Source: Chloroflexota bacterium
GTDB taxonomy: Bacteria; Chloroflexota; Limnocylindria; Limnocylindrales; CSP1-4
Assembly (NCBI GenBank): GCA_919901745.1
Contig: CAKKPP010000010.1
Location: 180 to 64,179, forward strand
Reading direction: 5' to 3'
DNA length: 64,000 nucleotides
Shown here one piece after another: positions 37,196 to 47,654 of this stretch. Made by a program: the position numbers and the translations under genes. Position 1 is the stretch's first letter. Each line of letters starts with the position of its first letter. Below the pieces are notes generated by a model, which had not been told where the DNA came from, searched no databases, and worked only from the letters and a program-made list of their open reading frames with translations.

Positions 37196-39115
37196 TCAGC
37201 CGATCACGAACACGCCCTGGACCAGGGACGGCACGGACGTCGCGTCGGCGATCCATCCCCAGAGCAACGTCGCGAGCAGGATCAGGATGGCCGCCGCGCT
37301 CGCGCGCGCTCGGCCGGTGAAACCTCCCGGGCCGATCCGGACCGGCGCATCGCGGCGGCTCGCAACCCGGGCGTCATCGTCCCATCGATTCCAGGCCGCA
37401 CCCGGCACTTTGCCGAGCAGCCAACCGATGACGATCAGGACCACGATGGCCACGACATTCGCGCCGACGAGGTCGAGCCAACCCCCGACATCGAGCTCCA
37501 GGCCGGGAATGGCACCGACGAGCCCGATGACCAGGTCGCGGAACCCCGTCAGCGGCCCGGCCGGGGTAGCGGTCGCCCGGAGGACACCCTCGAGATCGGT
37601 GACCGCCCTGACCAACGCCGTCACGGACGATCCCAGGCGCTCAAGCGCACGCCCGCCGAACCAGGTCGACACGATGCCGAGCGCGATGACGCCGATGAGC
37701 GGCACCGTCAGCCAGGCCCACCACTCGGCGAGCGAGCGGACCCGCTTCCGCCGCCAGACCCCGCGCGGATCGGGGCCGGTGGTCGGATAGAACCGGCTCC
37801 CGATCGCGGCCTCCTCCGGGGGCGCCCCGGCGGTCTCGATCAGGCGCAGGACGGGCAGCACGAACTGCTCGTCGTTGTCCCAATAGCCGCCGTGGTCCTG
37901 CCGAATGCTCATCCGATTGACGACGGCCACCGATTGACCCGGCGTGTCCACTGCCGGTTCCGGGCGTTCCTCGGTCCCACCGATCGAACCGCTCGGGGCC
38001 GGATCGTGGGTCGCCCAGAAGTCATGCCACATGAGGTCCGTACGGCGATCGCGAAGGCGCTGCATGAGATGGTCGCCCGGCGCCAGCCGGTCGTCGCCGG
38101 TTTCAACGCCACCGTCGCTGGCGTGTCCGAGCACCCACGCCAGCCCCAGGCCCTGACCGTGGGTGATGAGCCGATCGACGGAAATCGCGAGCCTGTTCGG
38201 TGGCTGGTCGGCGGCTGCCGGCGCGTAGGTGCCGTCGGTGAGCGTCATGTAGCTGGCGATCGCGCCACCGGAGTGGGCGATCAGGACCATCCGTGTGCAG
38301 CCGCTCGCCTCGAGCGCCTGGACGGTCCTGGCGATCTTCGCGCGGATGTTCGCGGCCTGGACACGATCCGCGACGAGGATTCGCAGGTCGCCGAACCAGT
38401 CGTTCAGGAACCAGTCGAGCTTCTTCCTTGCCAGCCCGTCCTGGAGCGGCTTGATGGGGATGAGGTCGAGGAAGGAGGTCAGGCTGTAGAGGATCGGCGC
38501 GCTGATTGCCACCGCGCGCACGAACAGTTTGACGAGAACGCTCTCGAGCTTGACCCAGATCCCGGTCTGGCCGTTCTCTGCGAGACCCGCGAACACGCCG
38601 GTCACGATCCGCGTGAACTCGCCCTGGTGGAACAACCAGCCCAGGACCTCGCGCGCCCCCGGCGGGTCGAGGTCCTTCGCCCACCAGGCCTCGCTGAGCA
38701 GCCACTCCTGCGCGGGGTACGTGATGCAGTCGGCGCCGTTCGTCGGATCGCCGAGGCAGATCCGGGGCACGGACAGGGTGATCACCGGCACGGTGGCGCC
38801 GCTGAAGTCGATCTGGGCGCGTTGAACCGGATCGAGCCGCTGATCGTGCTGGAGTTGCCACTCGCGCACGGCACGCACGATCGGGGCGCTCCACTCCAGC
38901 AGGGTCTCGCCCGGCTCCTGGCCGCCGATCCCGTGAACGAACACGACGCCGATCCGCTCGGGGGCCGGCACGTCGGCCTTCGCGAACCGGCCACGGCGCC
39001 GGAGAATGCCCGGGACGCGGGCTGGCCGAGCGGGCGTTGGGGGCGCCGCTCCACGTTGCTCGCGAAGGGCGATGTCGGCGTCGGACGGCTCGGGGTCGGA
39101 TCGGAAGATCGGCAC
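37196..39115 (-). CDS. Alpha/beta-hydrolase-like membrane protein; start uncertain
   Basis: VVFVHGIGGQ, IAHSGG nucleophile elbow, D and DHGGYW; several TM helices. Confidence 0.65.
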   Translation of the reverse strand: MPIFRSDPEPSDADIALREQRGAAPPTPARPARVPGILRRRGRFAKADVPAPERIGVVFVHGIGGQEPGETLLEWSAPIVRAVREWQLQHDQRLDPVQRAQIDFSGATVPVITLSVPRICLGDPTNGADCITYPAQEWLLSEAWWAKDLDPPGAREVLGWLFHQGEFTRIVTGVFAGLAENGQTGIWVKLESVLVKLFVRAVAISAPILYSLTSFLDLIPIKPLQDGLARKKLDWFLNDWFGDLRILVADRVQAANIRAKIARTVQALEASGCTRMVLIAHSGGAIASYMTLTDGTYAPAAADQPPNRLAISVDRLITHGQGLGLAWVLGHASDGGVETGDDRLAPGDHLMQRLRDRRTDLMWHDFWATHDPAPSGSIGGTEERPEPAVDTPGQSVAVVNRMSIRQDHGGYWDNDEQFVLPVLRLIETAGAPPEEAAIGSRFYPTTGPDPRGVWRRKRVRSLAEWWAWLTVPLIGVIALGIVSTWFGGRALERLGSSVTALVRAVTDLEGVLRATATPAGPLTGFRDLVIGLVGAIPGLELDVGGWLDLVGANVVAIVVLIVIGWLLGKVPGAAWNRWDDDARVASRRDAPVRIGPGGFTGRARASAAAILILLATLLWGWIADATSVPSLVQGVFVIG

Positions 39116-39235
39116 GGTCCATGAGTAGCACGACAGCGTCTCGCCACCGTCTCGGATCGCCCTATCGGGAGCACTGGCATACTTCCCCCCCGGCGCCACT
39201 TCCGCGGTGGTCGCCGTCTCCGTGAGGTCCATCCC

Positions 39236-40132
39236 GTGACTTTTCGTCGCAACCAGCGACTCGATCCGTCCCAGGTCAGCGACGTCCGCGGCCGGCGCGT
39301 GTCCGGCGGTCGTGGACTGGCGGTGGGCGGGGGCGGTCTCGGGTTGGTGATCGTGATCGTCTACGTCCTGCTCGGCGGCGATCCCGGGCAGCTCGGCACC
39401 GTCCTCGACCCGGGCGGCGCGGGCGGACCAGGTTCGGTCCTGGAGCCTGGACCGGACGGCAGTTCAAGGATCGACGGCTGCCTGACCGGAGCCGATGCCA
39501 ACGCACGGGCCGACTGCCGGATCGTGGGCTTCGTGAACAGCATCCAGGCCTTCTGGACCGACGAGTTCGCCGGCGTCGGCGAACGGTACGAGCCGGCCCG
39601 GACGGTCCTTTTCTCGGACGCTGTCGACACCGGATGCGGCGCTGCCAACTCGCAGGTGGGGCCGTTCTACTGCCCGGCCGACCAGCGGGTCTACATCGAC
39701 CTCGGCTTCTTCGACACGCTCCAGGCTCGGTTCGGGGCGAGCGGGGGCCCGCTCGCCGAGGCCTATGTGATGGCCCACGAGTACGGCCATCACATCCAGA
39801 ACCTGACCGGCGTGCTCACGCCGGGTGGCGGTGGCAGTGGCGAGGAGAGCCGCGCCGTCCGAACGGAGCTCCAGGCGGACTGCCTGGCCGGCGTCTGGGC
39901 CAATCACGCCGCGGCCACCGGGTACCTCGAGCCGCTCAGTCAGGCGCAGATTGCCCAGGCGCTCGATGCGGCGGCGGCCGTCGGCGACGACCGGATCCAG
40001 TCGCGAACCCAGGGCCAGGTGAACCAGGAAGCCTGGACCCACGGCTCGTCGGCGCAACGCCAGGAGTGGTTCCTCGCCGGCTACGAGCAGGGCACGACGG
40101 CCGACTGCGACACGTTCGCCGCGGATCTCTGA
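39236..40132 (+). CDS. Neutral zinc metallopeptidase (YpfJ family)
   Basis: [26 protein letters not shown] and WTHGSS. Confidence 0.92.
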   Translation: MTFRRNQRLDPSQVSDVRGRRVSGGRGLAVGGGGLGLVIVIVYVLLGGDPGQLGTVLDPGGAGGPGSVLEPGPDGSSRIDGCLTGADANARADCRIVGFVNSIQAFWTDEFAGVGERYEPARTVLFSDAVDTGCGAANSQVGPFYCPADQRVYIDLGFFDTLQARFGASGGPLAEAYVMAHEYGHHIQNLTGVLTPGGGGSGEESRAVRTELQADCLAGVWANHAAATGYLEPLSQAQIAQALDAAAAVGDDRIQSRTQGQVNQEAWTHGSSAQRQEWFLAGYEQGTTADCDTFAADL

Positions 40133-40141
40133 CCGGCCGCG

Positions 40142-40789
40142 TCATCCGTCAGGCTTCGCGACCGCCCGATCGGGAGCGACGCCCGGTAGGCTGGCGGTCC
40201 AGATGGCTGCGGCCAGGCCTCCGACCATCCCGAGAGCGATGTCGAGCAGCGTGTCCGCATACGCCGTGGCGGCCTCCGGCGAGTTCGGGACGAACGTGAC
40301 GTACTCCGCGAGCTCCCATAGCACGGCCGACGTCACGGCGTAGCCGAACGCGAGTGCGACGCGTGTCGCTGTCCCCCACGAGCCGAGGCGCAGGAGGAGC
40401 CCGATGGCACCGGTGTGGAGCGCCCAGTTCACGAGATGGTTGGCGTCGTCCCACCACTCGACGGTGTCGTACAGGTTCAGCGCGTTTCCGGCGACGTCGA
40501 TGAGGAACGGCAGGCCGAACAGGATGTCGACCGCAAACGGGAACCCGATCCGGTTCCGGCCGAACAGCCACCATGCCGCCGGGATCAAAGAGAGCGCGAC
40601 CGGATAGGCCACGGCTCGCCCGGCGAAGGCCTTGCCCTGGAACTGCGGGAGGTCCGGAGCCAGGACGGCCCACGCGAGCAGGACGATCGTGATCACTTTG
40701 ACGGCGATGGTGAGCCCCAGGCCCAGTCGATTCACGAACTCCTCCGAAGCACTCGAGTCAGCTGATGGAACCTCGCGCCGCGCCATCAT
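40142..40789 (-). CDS. Hypothetical integral membrane protein (DUF2238-like)
   Basis: TM helices; WWDDANH, LWELAEY and YADTLLD. Confidence 0.65.
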   Translation of the reverse strand: MMARREVPSADSSASEEFVNRLGLGLTIAVKVITIVLLAWAVLAPDLPQFQGKAFAGRAVAYPVALSLIPAAWWLFGRNRIGFPFAVDILFGLPFLIDVAGNALNLYDTVEWWDDANHLVNWALHTGAIGLLLRLGSWGTATRVALAFGYAVTSAVLWELAEYVTFVPNSPEAATAYADTLLDIALGMVGGLAAAIWTASLPGVAPDRAVAKPDG

Positions 40790-40861
40790 GATCCGTCGAG
40801 GCAAGATCCCGTCGCATGGTTCGGGCCTGGCGCCTACGATCGACACGATCGGAGGAGCAAC

Positions 40862-41407
40862 ATGGGAAGCGGAGCGTCGAACGGCGGTCAGGTCGGCCCG
40901 GCCGTAAGCCGGAGAGAAGCCTTCGATCGCCTCGATCGGAGGATCACGGGCGTCCTGGCCCGGACCGGGGTGCCGATTCTTCGGATCGGGCTGGGCGTGG
41001 TCTTTCTCTGGTTCGGCGCCCTGAAGTTCTTCCCCGACCTCAGCCCGGCGCAGGATCTGGCGACGCGGACGATCGACCAACTGACCTTCGGGCTGGTCGG
41101 GCCGTCGATTTCCCTGCCGGCGCTCGCTGCCTGGGAGAGTCTCATCGGCCTCGGGCTGATCCTTGGCCGCTACCTGCGGGCCACGCTCTTTCTGCTCGCG
41201 CTCCAGATGCTCGGGACGCTGACCCCGCTGATCCTCTTCCCGGCCGAGACATTCAGCCGATTCCCGATCGCGCCCACGCTCGAAGGCCAGTACATCATCA
41301 AGAACGTCGTCCTGATCGGCGCGGCGATGGTCGTCGGCGCGACGGTCCGCGGCGGCGGCCTGGTCCCCGAGCGCGACGGTGGAACCCGAGGCGACGACCC
41401 CCCGTGA
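40862..41407 (+). CDS. DoxX/DUF417-family membrane protein
   Basis: LRIGLGVVFLWFGALKF and EGQYIIKN. Confidence 0.8.
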   Translation: MGSGASNGGQVGPAVSRREAFDRLDRRITGVLARTGVPILRIGLGVVFLWFGALKFFPDLSPAQDLATRTIDQLTFGLVGPSISLPALAAWESLIGLGLILGRYLRATLFLLALQMLGTLTPLILFPAETFSRFPIAPTLEGQYIIKNVVLIGAAMVVGATVRGGGLVPERDGGTRGDDPP

Positions 41408-41443
41408 ATCCCCTCGAAATCGGCATCCAGCTCGACTGACGCC

Positions 41444-42826
41444 TCAACCGACCAGGGTCATCGCCCGATCCGGGCGGAGCAGGAACGGCGGCAGGAACGC
41501 CGGGATGTTTGAGAACGGCAGGACGTCGGGATGGAGCTCGACCCCGAGCTGCTCGCGCATGAAGCGGCGTCGCGCCTGGATCCGTGCCCAGGCCTCCGGG
41601 TAGTCGGTGGCCAACGCGCCACGCAGTCCATCGTCCGCCAGCGCGATCCCGTCCTCGATATTCGTCGTGAAGTAGTCGGTGCCGGTCGCCGGGATGATGT
41701 CGACCTGGAAGACCATCCCGGACGTCAGCTCGGTCGTGGATCCGGGCCCGATCGGCGAATTGACCCATTCGTCGAGGTGGAGCTGGTGACCTGGGTTCAG
41801 GAAGATCCCGAAGAACGAGTCACCGAGGCGGCGGGCGACGATCTCGTGCAGGACGCCCCCGACCTGGCCGACGTGGAGCGCGCCGTACCACTCCGCCACG
41901 GCTTCGAAGTACGGCCCGACCAGCCGATCGACGTAGTCACGGATCGGCTCCGGAAGCTCCGCCGCATCCTCGACGACGAAGCCGGCCCGGCAGTTGAGCG
42001 CACCCCAGATGCCGAACGCGGTCGTGAACCGGTCGCCGCGCTCGATCGGCCGAGCGCCCGGGCTCAGCAGCCCGTAAGTCGCGCGCGGACCGGCCGTCAG
42101 CATCACGTGGCAACTGAGCGGCATGCCGTTCCATTGGAGCAACCGTACGGCCTCGTGCTCGGTCATCCCGGGCCGCAGGCCACGCAGGACATTGAGGACA
42201 CCGTTCGACGTCTGGCACGCGGCCCACTCGAACGCCGCCAGCTGCTCGACCTCGTTGACGATCCGGAGGCCGTCGCCTGCTGCGATGAGCAGGTCGCCGG
42301 CATTCTCGACGAGCCCGCCTGGCCCGGTCACCTCGCGCAGCTCGTCCACGATGAACGCGGGCAGCTCGATCGTCTCGCGCCGCGCATACGTCTTCCAGCC
42401 GATCGCCCCCACTCGGCTGCCCGGCCCGATCCCCTCGTCACCGAGGATTTCCGCGAGCGACCGCGAGCGGTCGCGGGGCTGGCTGGGCAGGCTCAGGTCC
42501 TGGAACAGGTGGCGGCGCATCGGGAGCGGGGCGGCGCCGGCGGTCCCCCAGCACTCGTTGCCGACGAGGATCGCCGGAGCGCCGGCCGGGCCGACGATGA
42601 ACACGGCCTCCTCGAAGCGCGGGTCGAACCCGGTAAGAAAGGAGAGGTTGGCGCTGTGCTCGCGGTCCGCGTAGACGACGAGGCGGTCGTATCCACGCTC
42701 GTCCATCCGCACCCGCAGGTGCTCGAGGCGCTCCGCGTACATCGCCGCCGGAATCTGCGGCATCGCGCCGGGCATCCCGAAGTCGGGCAGCTCGATCTCG
42801 GCCAGGCGCGCGGTCGGCATCGTCAT
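41444..42826 (-). CDS. M24/Xaa-Pro aminopeptidase (creatinase)-like protein
   Basis: Creatinase N-domain pattern (FLTGFDPRFEE), NPGHQLHLDEW and NIEDG. Confidence 0.7.
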   Translation of the reverse strand: MTMPTARLAEIELPDFGMPGAMPQIPAAMYAERLEHLRVRMDERGYDRLVVYADREHSANLSFLTGFDPRFEEAVFIVGPAGAPAILVGNECWGTAGAAPLPMRRHLFQDLSLPSQPRDRSRSLAEILGDEGIGPGSRVGAIGWKTYARRETIELPAFIVDELREVTGPGGLVENAGDLLIAAGDGLRIVNEVEQLAAFEWAACQTSNGVLNVLRGLRPGMTEHEAVRLLQWNGMPLSCHVMLTAGPRATYGLLSPGARPIERGDRFTTAFGIWGALNCRAGFVVEDAAELPEPIRDYVDRLVGPYFEAVAEWYGALHVGQVGGVLHEIVARRLGDSFFGIFLNPGHQLHLDEWVNSPIGPGSTTELTSGMVFQVDIIPATGTDYFTTNIEDGIALADDGLRGALATDYPEAWARIQARRRFMREQLGVELHPDVLPFSNIPAFLPPFLLRPDRAMTLVG

Positions 42827-42890
42827 CGGTCTCCCTCGCTCGGTGGTCGTTCAGCCTCGGTGGTCGTTGAGCCGGTCGTCATTCGTCCGG

Positions 42891-44540
42891 TCAATCCTGC
42901 GCCGGCGTCCACCCGCGTGCTTCCTCCGCGCCGCGCTCGACGACGTAGAAGCGGTCCGCCTCCACCCGCAGCCATGGCCCGAGCTCACCGTCCGGCCACT
43001 GGACGCGCACCTCGGCGCGCTCCGACGGCCCGAGGCCGGCATGCACCCAGCCCAGCTGACCGCCGACGTGGCCGCCCCCCACCGTCAGCTCGCGCCGCTG
43101 GATCGCGTCGCCGACCTTGACCTCGATCCACGCACCAATCGCGTCCCGGTTCGGGTTCGGCTGGCTGAGTCGAAGCTCCACCCAGTGGCCCATGGGCACG
43201 GCCGTGCCCGCGTCGCCTGCGCCGACACTCCGCCAGAGCTTGACAGGCGAACCGAGATTGACCTCGACCAGGTCCAGCAGACCGTCCAGGTTGAAGTCCA
43301 CCAGTGCCGCACCTCGACCACGATCGAAGCTGACGATGCCGGCGGCTTCGGCCGCCGGCGTGAACGACCCGTCGGGCTGGCCGAGGAACAGGTCGCTCGG
43401 ATCGCGGCTGGCGAACTCGGGAATCGCGCTGACGTTGCCCTTCGAGATGAACAGATCGACGAAGCCATCGTTATTGACGTCGGCGAACTCGGGGTGCCAG
43501 GCCGTCGACGGCAGCACGTCCCCACCGGTCGCCGGCCGCGCCGCGACGACGCCGCGCTTGAGGGCGATGTCCCGGAAGGTGGGTCGGTCCGGACCGGTGG
43601 TCAGCGTCTGCAGCTTGTTGTCACCCTGGCTGGTGAGGAAGACCTCGGGATAGCCGTCGCCCGTCACGTCGTGGCTGGCGATGCCCATACCCCAGATCTG
43701 CATCGACACCCAGCCCTCGTCGGCCGTGTACGCCCGCGGCGGCTCACCCGCGGCGACCCGCCAGAGCTGCTCCTGACCGTCGACGTAGTAGTGACGGTCA
43801 TTGCTGACGCGGAGATCGCGGCGACCGGATCGGTCCCAGTCGCTGAACAGCATCGACAGCGTGCAGTAGCCGGGCGTCAGCGGCACCGGCGGCGCGTACC
43901 CATTGCCGCTGGTGTCCGGGCGGACCAGCGCGTTGTCCGCGCAATCCGACGTGGGCACCTCTGCCGCGTCCAGCTCGAGATAGTTCCCGATCGCCAGCGT
44001 CGGCCAGCCGGCCGCGCCCTCCCAGGTGGCACTGAACGCGATCGCCCAGCCATCGCCGCCGGCAAATCGCCAGGCCGCGTCGGCCGGCTCGAACTGACAA
44101 TCGCCGAGACCCCGGAGCAGGGTCGCGCCGCCCACGCGAAGGACCGCGAGGTCGACCTGCCCGTCACCGTCGATGTCGATGGGGTACGCCCCGGTGACGC
44201 CGGTCATGTCGGTGACGGGGGCCGCACGTGCCGAGAAGCGCAGGGCGCCCTCGGTGGGGCTCTCGTTCCGGAAGAGCGCTGCGGGCCGCTCCCCGCCCGA
44301 GACGTACAGATCGGGGCGTCCGTCGTCGTCGCAGTCGAACACCGCCACGCCACCGCCGGTGAAGAAGGTGATCGGCCCGTCATAGGTGTGCGCGAGGCCG
44401 GCCGCCACCGCCTCCTCGACGAAGAGCGGCGGCCCCAGCGAGGCGCCGGGCGTGGGGGCACCCCCCAGGAGCGCTGCCGCAGCCAGCGAGCCCGCCCCGG
44501 CGATCGCCAGGATCGCGATCGCAGCGGGGGTCCGCCTCAC
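42891..44540 (-). CDS. CRTAC1-family FG-GAP repeat / ASPIC-UnbV protein, secreted
   Basis: DCDDDGRPD, DIDGDGQVD, DVNNDGFVD and DFNLDGLLD repeats; NRDAIGA...HAGLG...VQWPDG; GTG overlaps the upstream stop. Confidence 0.88.
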   Translation of the reverse strand: MRRTPAAIAILAIAGAGSLAAAALLGGAPTPGASLGPPLFVEEAVAAGLAHTYDGPITFFTGGGVAVFDCDDDGRPDLYVSGGERPAALFRNESPTEGALRFSARAAPVTDMTGVTGAYPIDIDGDGQVDLAVLRVGGATLLRGLGDCQFEPADAAWRFAGGDGWAIAFSATWEGAAGWPTLAIGNYLELDAAEVPTSDCADNALVRPDTSGNGYAPPVPLTPGYCTLSMLFSDWDRSGRRDLRVSNDRHYYVDGQEQLWRVAAGEPPRAYTADEGWVSMQIWGMGIASHDVTGDGYPEVFLTSQGDNKLQTLTTGPDRPTFRDIALKRGVVAARPATGGDVLPSTAWHPEFADVNNDGFVDLFISKGNVSAIPEFASRDPSDLFLGQPDGSFTPAAEAAGIVSFDRGRGAALVDFNLDGLLDLVEVNLGSPVKLWRSVGAGDAGTAVPMGHWVELRLSQPNPNRDAIGAWIEVKVGDAIQRRELTVGGGHVGGQLGWVHAGLGPSERAEVRVQWPDGELGPWLRVEADRFYVVERGAEEARGWTPAQD

Positions 44541-46411
44541 CCGTCGATCGCCCCCGTGTAATAGCGCTGGGCGAGCGCCCAGGCGTTGATTCCGCACTCG
44601 GCCCCGATCCGTCGGCCGGTGAAGTCGTCGGCCTGGATGTGGATGCCGCCCCAGATCCGCGACTGGCCGGCCTGATCCGCGGCGTCGTAATACGTCCCCC
44701 ATTCGAGACGAACGTCCTTGGTGGGCCCGGCCTCGAACTTCAGGGAGCCGGGGGAGATCGTGTAACCGCTGACGCCGCCCGGGAAGTACTCGCTGCCGGT
44801 GAACCCGGTGAGCACCTCGGCCGCGGCCCGACTGAACGTGCTGTGGCCCGAGATGTAGCCCGCGAACGCGGGCGTGACGAAGGTCGGGAGCTGGTACGGA
44901 ACCCAGGCGCCGGCAAGCATCCAGCGCACTCCACCGACCTGCGTCTTGGGATCCTCGGGGATGCCGGCCCAGGCGCGGATCGCAATCTCGCTCTCGTGGC
45001 CGGCGAGGGCCTCGTGACGCTGACCCGGGGCCGTCGTCTCTGGCGTGATGAACTCGATCAACCCGGGCACTGGGGTCAGGACCTGGCGATCGCCGTCGTC
45101 GCGCGTCTCGCCGAGGTAGCGGATCAGTGAGATCGGCCGGCTGGAGTCGTAGTACCCCTTGAGGCCCCACGCCGCGATCGCCGCGTCGTGGACCGCGCCG
45201 TTCAGGGCGAAGTACAGCTTGACGTCCCACTGCAGCCGATCGAGGGTTGGCCCCTCCCCTCCGATCTGCAGGTCCGGGGCCAGCTCGTCGGACACGACAT
45301 TCGCGATGGTGTTCCAGTGACCGGGAGGCGTCTCGGATTTCGGCCCATCGGCCCAGAACTCGGCCATGACCCGGCCGAAGTCGGCCTGGCTGACGACATC
45401 CGGCGCGTAGGGCAGGCCGGTGGCGGGGTTGATCGGATGGCCGCGGCCGTCGTTGGTCCCGAGCGGGTTGGCGCCCCGGGCCCCCGGAGAAATGTCGATC
45501 ATCGTGGTGTCCGCGGGGTCGAGCAGGCTGCTATCGCGGATGACCCCCACCAGCTGGTCCATGAGCAGCGGGTTGGTCGCCGGGTCGCCGAGCCGGGGCG
45601 GCGGGCCCGGGTCGATCGGCACCCCGTTCGGTCCCGTGGCCGGCAACGCGAACCCGGTCACATGGCCCCAATGCGGACCCACGAACTGCTGGACGCCGTT
45701 GGTCACGGGGATCCCGTTCTGGGAGATCATGTGCTCGATCTGGAGCGGCTGCCACCGATCCGGGTCGGTCATCACGTTTCCAGGAGACGCGACGGTCAGG
45801 GGTGGGTTCACCGGCGCGTAATCCAGACCCGCATAACCGCCGGTCTCGTTCGAGCCGTCGGTTCGTCCAAAGGCCAGGATCGCCTCCGCGATCCGATTGC
45901 CGATGGCGGCCGGCGAGTCCCCCTCCGTCGTGGTCACGGCGAGCGGATAGCAGAGTGCGTCCATGAGGTCCGCGAACTCGGACAGCGACACATCCCCGCC
46001 GACGGCCTTGATGTAGCGAGCGCTGAGCACCCGGTAGGCCGCGTAGCTGATCGCCTCATTTCGAGCGGCCGTCGCATCGAACGCGCGGTGTTTCTCCTTG
46101 ACGAAGTGACCCGACGCGGTCGAGTCGTAGGCGGCCCAGGCGTCCCACATCGCCGCCGAGACGTGGAACAGGTTGCGGGCATGGACGGTGGGCGCCGGGA
46201 GGGCGCGTCGGATCGCGTTCAGGAGCGCCTCGTCCCAGCGCCGGGCAACGGACCACTCGGACGGGCTCGCGCTGGAACGGCAGGCCGAGCCGGCCCACGG
46301 CTGGGCGACGGCCAGTACCCCGCCCAGGACCATGGTGACGGCGACGATGGCGACGAGGATGAAGGTGCGCGGCGGGAGGCTGCGCTGGGGCGCTCCGCCA
46401 GTGGTCGTCAT
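44537..46411 (-). CDS. Secreted vanadium-dependent haloperoxidase / PAP2-superfamily protein
   Basis: KGYYDSSRP, PAFAGYISGHS and SRIWGGIH vanadate/phosphate motifs; N-terminal TM/signal. Confidence 0.82.
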   Translation of the reverse strand: MTTTGGAPQRSLPPRTFILVAIVAVTMVLGGVLAVAQPWAGSACRSSASPSEWSVARRWDEALLNAIRRALPAPTVHARNLFHVSAAMWDAWAAYDSTASGHFVKEKHRAFDATAARNEAISYAAYRVLSARYIKAVGGDVSLSEFADLMDALCYPLAVTTTEGDSPAAIGNRIAEAILAFGRTDGSNETGGYAGLDYAPVNPPLTVASPGNVMTDPDRWQPLQIEHMISQNGIPVTNGVQQFVGPHWGHVTGFALPATGPNGVPIDPGPPPRLGDPATNPLLMDQLVGVIRDSSLLDPADTTMIDISPGARGANPLGTNDGRGHPINPATGLPYAPDVVSQADFGRVMAEFWADGPKSETPPGHWNTIANVVSDELAPDLQIGGEGPTLDRLQWDVKLYFALNGAVHDAAIAAWGLKGYYDSSRPISLIRYLGETRDDGDRQVLTPVPGLIEFITPETTAPGQRHEALAGHESEIAIRAWAGIPEDPKTQVGGVRWMLAGAWVPYQLPTFVTPAFAGYISGHSTFSRAAAEVLTGFTGSEYFPGGVSGYTISPGSLKFEAGPTKDVRLEWGTYYDAADQAGQSRIWGGIHIQADDFTGRRIGAECGINAWALAQRYYTGAIDG

Positions 46412-47442
46412 GGTCGTCCCCCTGTCGTGGCGCTCCGTCGTCGGGATCGGGGCGGGCGGGTCAGCGGCGCGCGGCTGGACCGGGCGGCCCGGTCGAGGTC
46501 GACGAGGGCCGCGATCGTTCCGCGGCTGAACGCCAGGTCAACCCGCGGCGGCGTCCCGTCGAGGATCGCCGCAGTCAGGTCATCCACCTCCGCCCGGTAC
46601 TGGTCCAACGAGTCGACCTCGATCGGCCTCGCCTCGCGGCCCCGCCACATGACCAGCGAGGGTGGCGGACCAAACGGCTCGGGCAGGAACGGGGCGGTCA
46701 GGACGAGCGTGGCGTCGCTCCCGACGATCTCCACCCGCTCGCGGTCCGGTGCGGCGAATCCGCTGTCGAACTGGGCGAGGAGGCCGCCGGGAAAGTGGAG
46801 CTGACCCAGGAATGTCCGGTCGATCCCGCGCTCGTCGAAGCGCGCGAGCGCCTGCACTCGATCGGGCTCCTCGCCGGCGATCCGCCGCGCGAGGCTGACC
46901 GGATAGCACCCGACGTCCCACAGCGAGCCGCCACCCATCGCCGGATCGGCCCGCGGGTCGTCGGGATGGCTGAGGAAGAACGAGAACGTCCCGTTGACGA
47001 GCTCCAGGCGCCCCAGTGCGCCGCCTCGCGCCAGCTCGACGGCCCGCAGGATCTGCGGGTGATGGAGGTACATGAACCCCTCGGCGGCCAGCCGTCCGGC
47101 GCGCAACGCCGTGCCGGCGATGGCGTCGACGTCACCGGGCGTCAGCGCAAGCGGCTTCTCGCACAGGACGTGCTTGCCGGATTCGAGCGCCCGAATCGTC
47201 CACTCGGCATGGAGATGGTTGGGCAGGGCGATGTACACGACATCGACGTCGGATGAAGCAAGGAGTGCGTCGTACGACCCGTAGCTCGTGGGGATCCCGT
47301 GCTCGGTGGCGAATGACGCCGCCCGCGTCGCGTCGCGACTCGCGACGGCGACCATCGTCGCGCGCGCGCTGCCGCTCACCGCGCGAACGAGGCGAGGCGC
47401 GATCCGTCCGGGACCGAGGATCCCCCAGCGCAACATCGTCAC
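46408..47442 (-). CDS. Gfo/Idh/MocA oxidoreductase (possible D-xylose dehydrogenase)
   Basis: WGILGPGRIA, HVLCEKP and GGGSLWDVGCY. Confidence 0.9.
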   Translation of the reverse strand: MTMLRWGILGPGRIAPRLVRAVSGSARATMVAVASRDATRAASFATEHGIPTSYGSYDALLASSDVDVVYIALPNHLHAEWTIRALESGKHVLCEKPLALTPGDVDAIAGTALRAGRLAAEGFMYLHHPQILRAVELARGGALGRLELVNGTFSFFLSHPDDPRADPAMGGGSLWDVGCYPVSLARRIAGEEPDRVQALARFDERGIDRTFLGQLHFPGGLLAQFDSGFAAPDRERVEIVGSDATLVLTAPFLPEPFGPPPSLVMWRGREARPIEVDSLDQYRAEVDDLTAAILDGTPPRVDLAFSRGTIAALVDLDRAARSSRAPLTRPPRSRRRSATTGGRP

Positions 47443-47654
47443 GGTCCGATGATAGGCCCGACGCGTCGGCCTGCGCGTCGGCACGTCGTGCCGTACCGTG
47501 CGCGATGCGATCCGAGCCGCTGTTGGGGGACGGACTCCATGACCACGGCAACCGGCGTAATGGCGAAGGATGACGACCAGATGACAGATCGACGGCGGGC
47601 GGCGATCGCGAGTCCAGGTGGAGGCGCAGTGCGACGATCGTCCGGCGCGGCGTC

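Noticed and set aside
44541-45230. N-terminal extension of the CRTAC1 ORF (likewise the xylA ORF extension to 57242)
   Set aside because: The extensions overlap real genes in another frame; better starts exist at 44540 and 56270.
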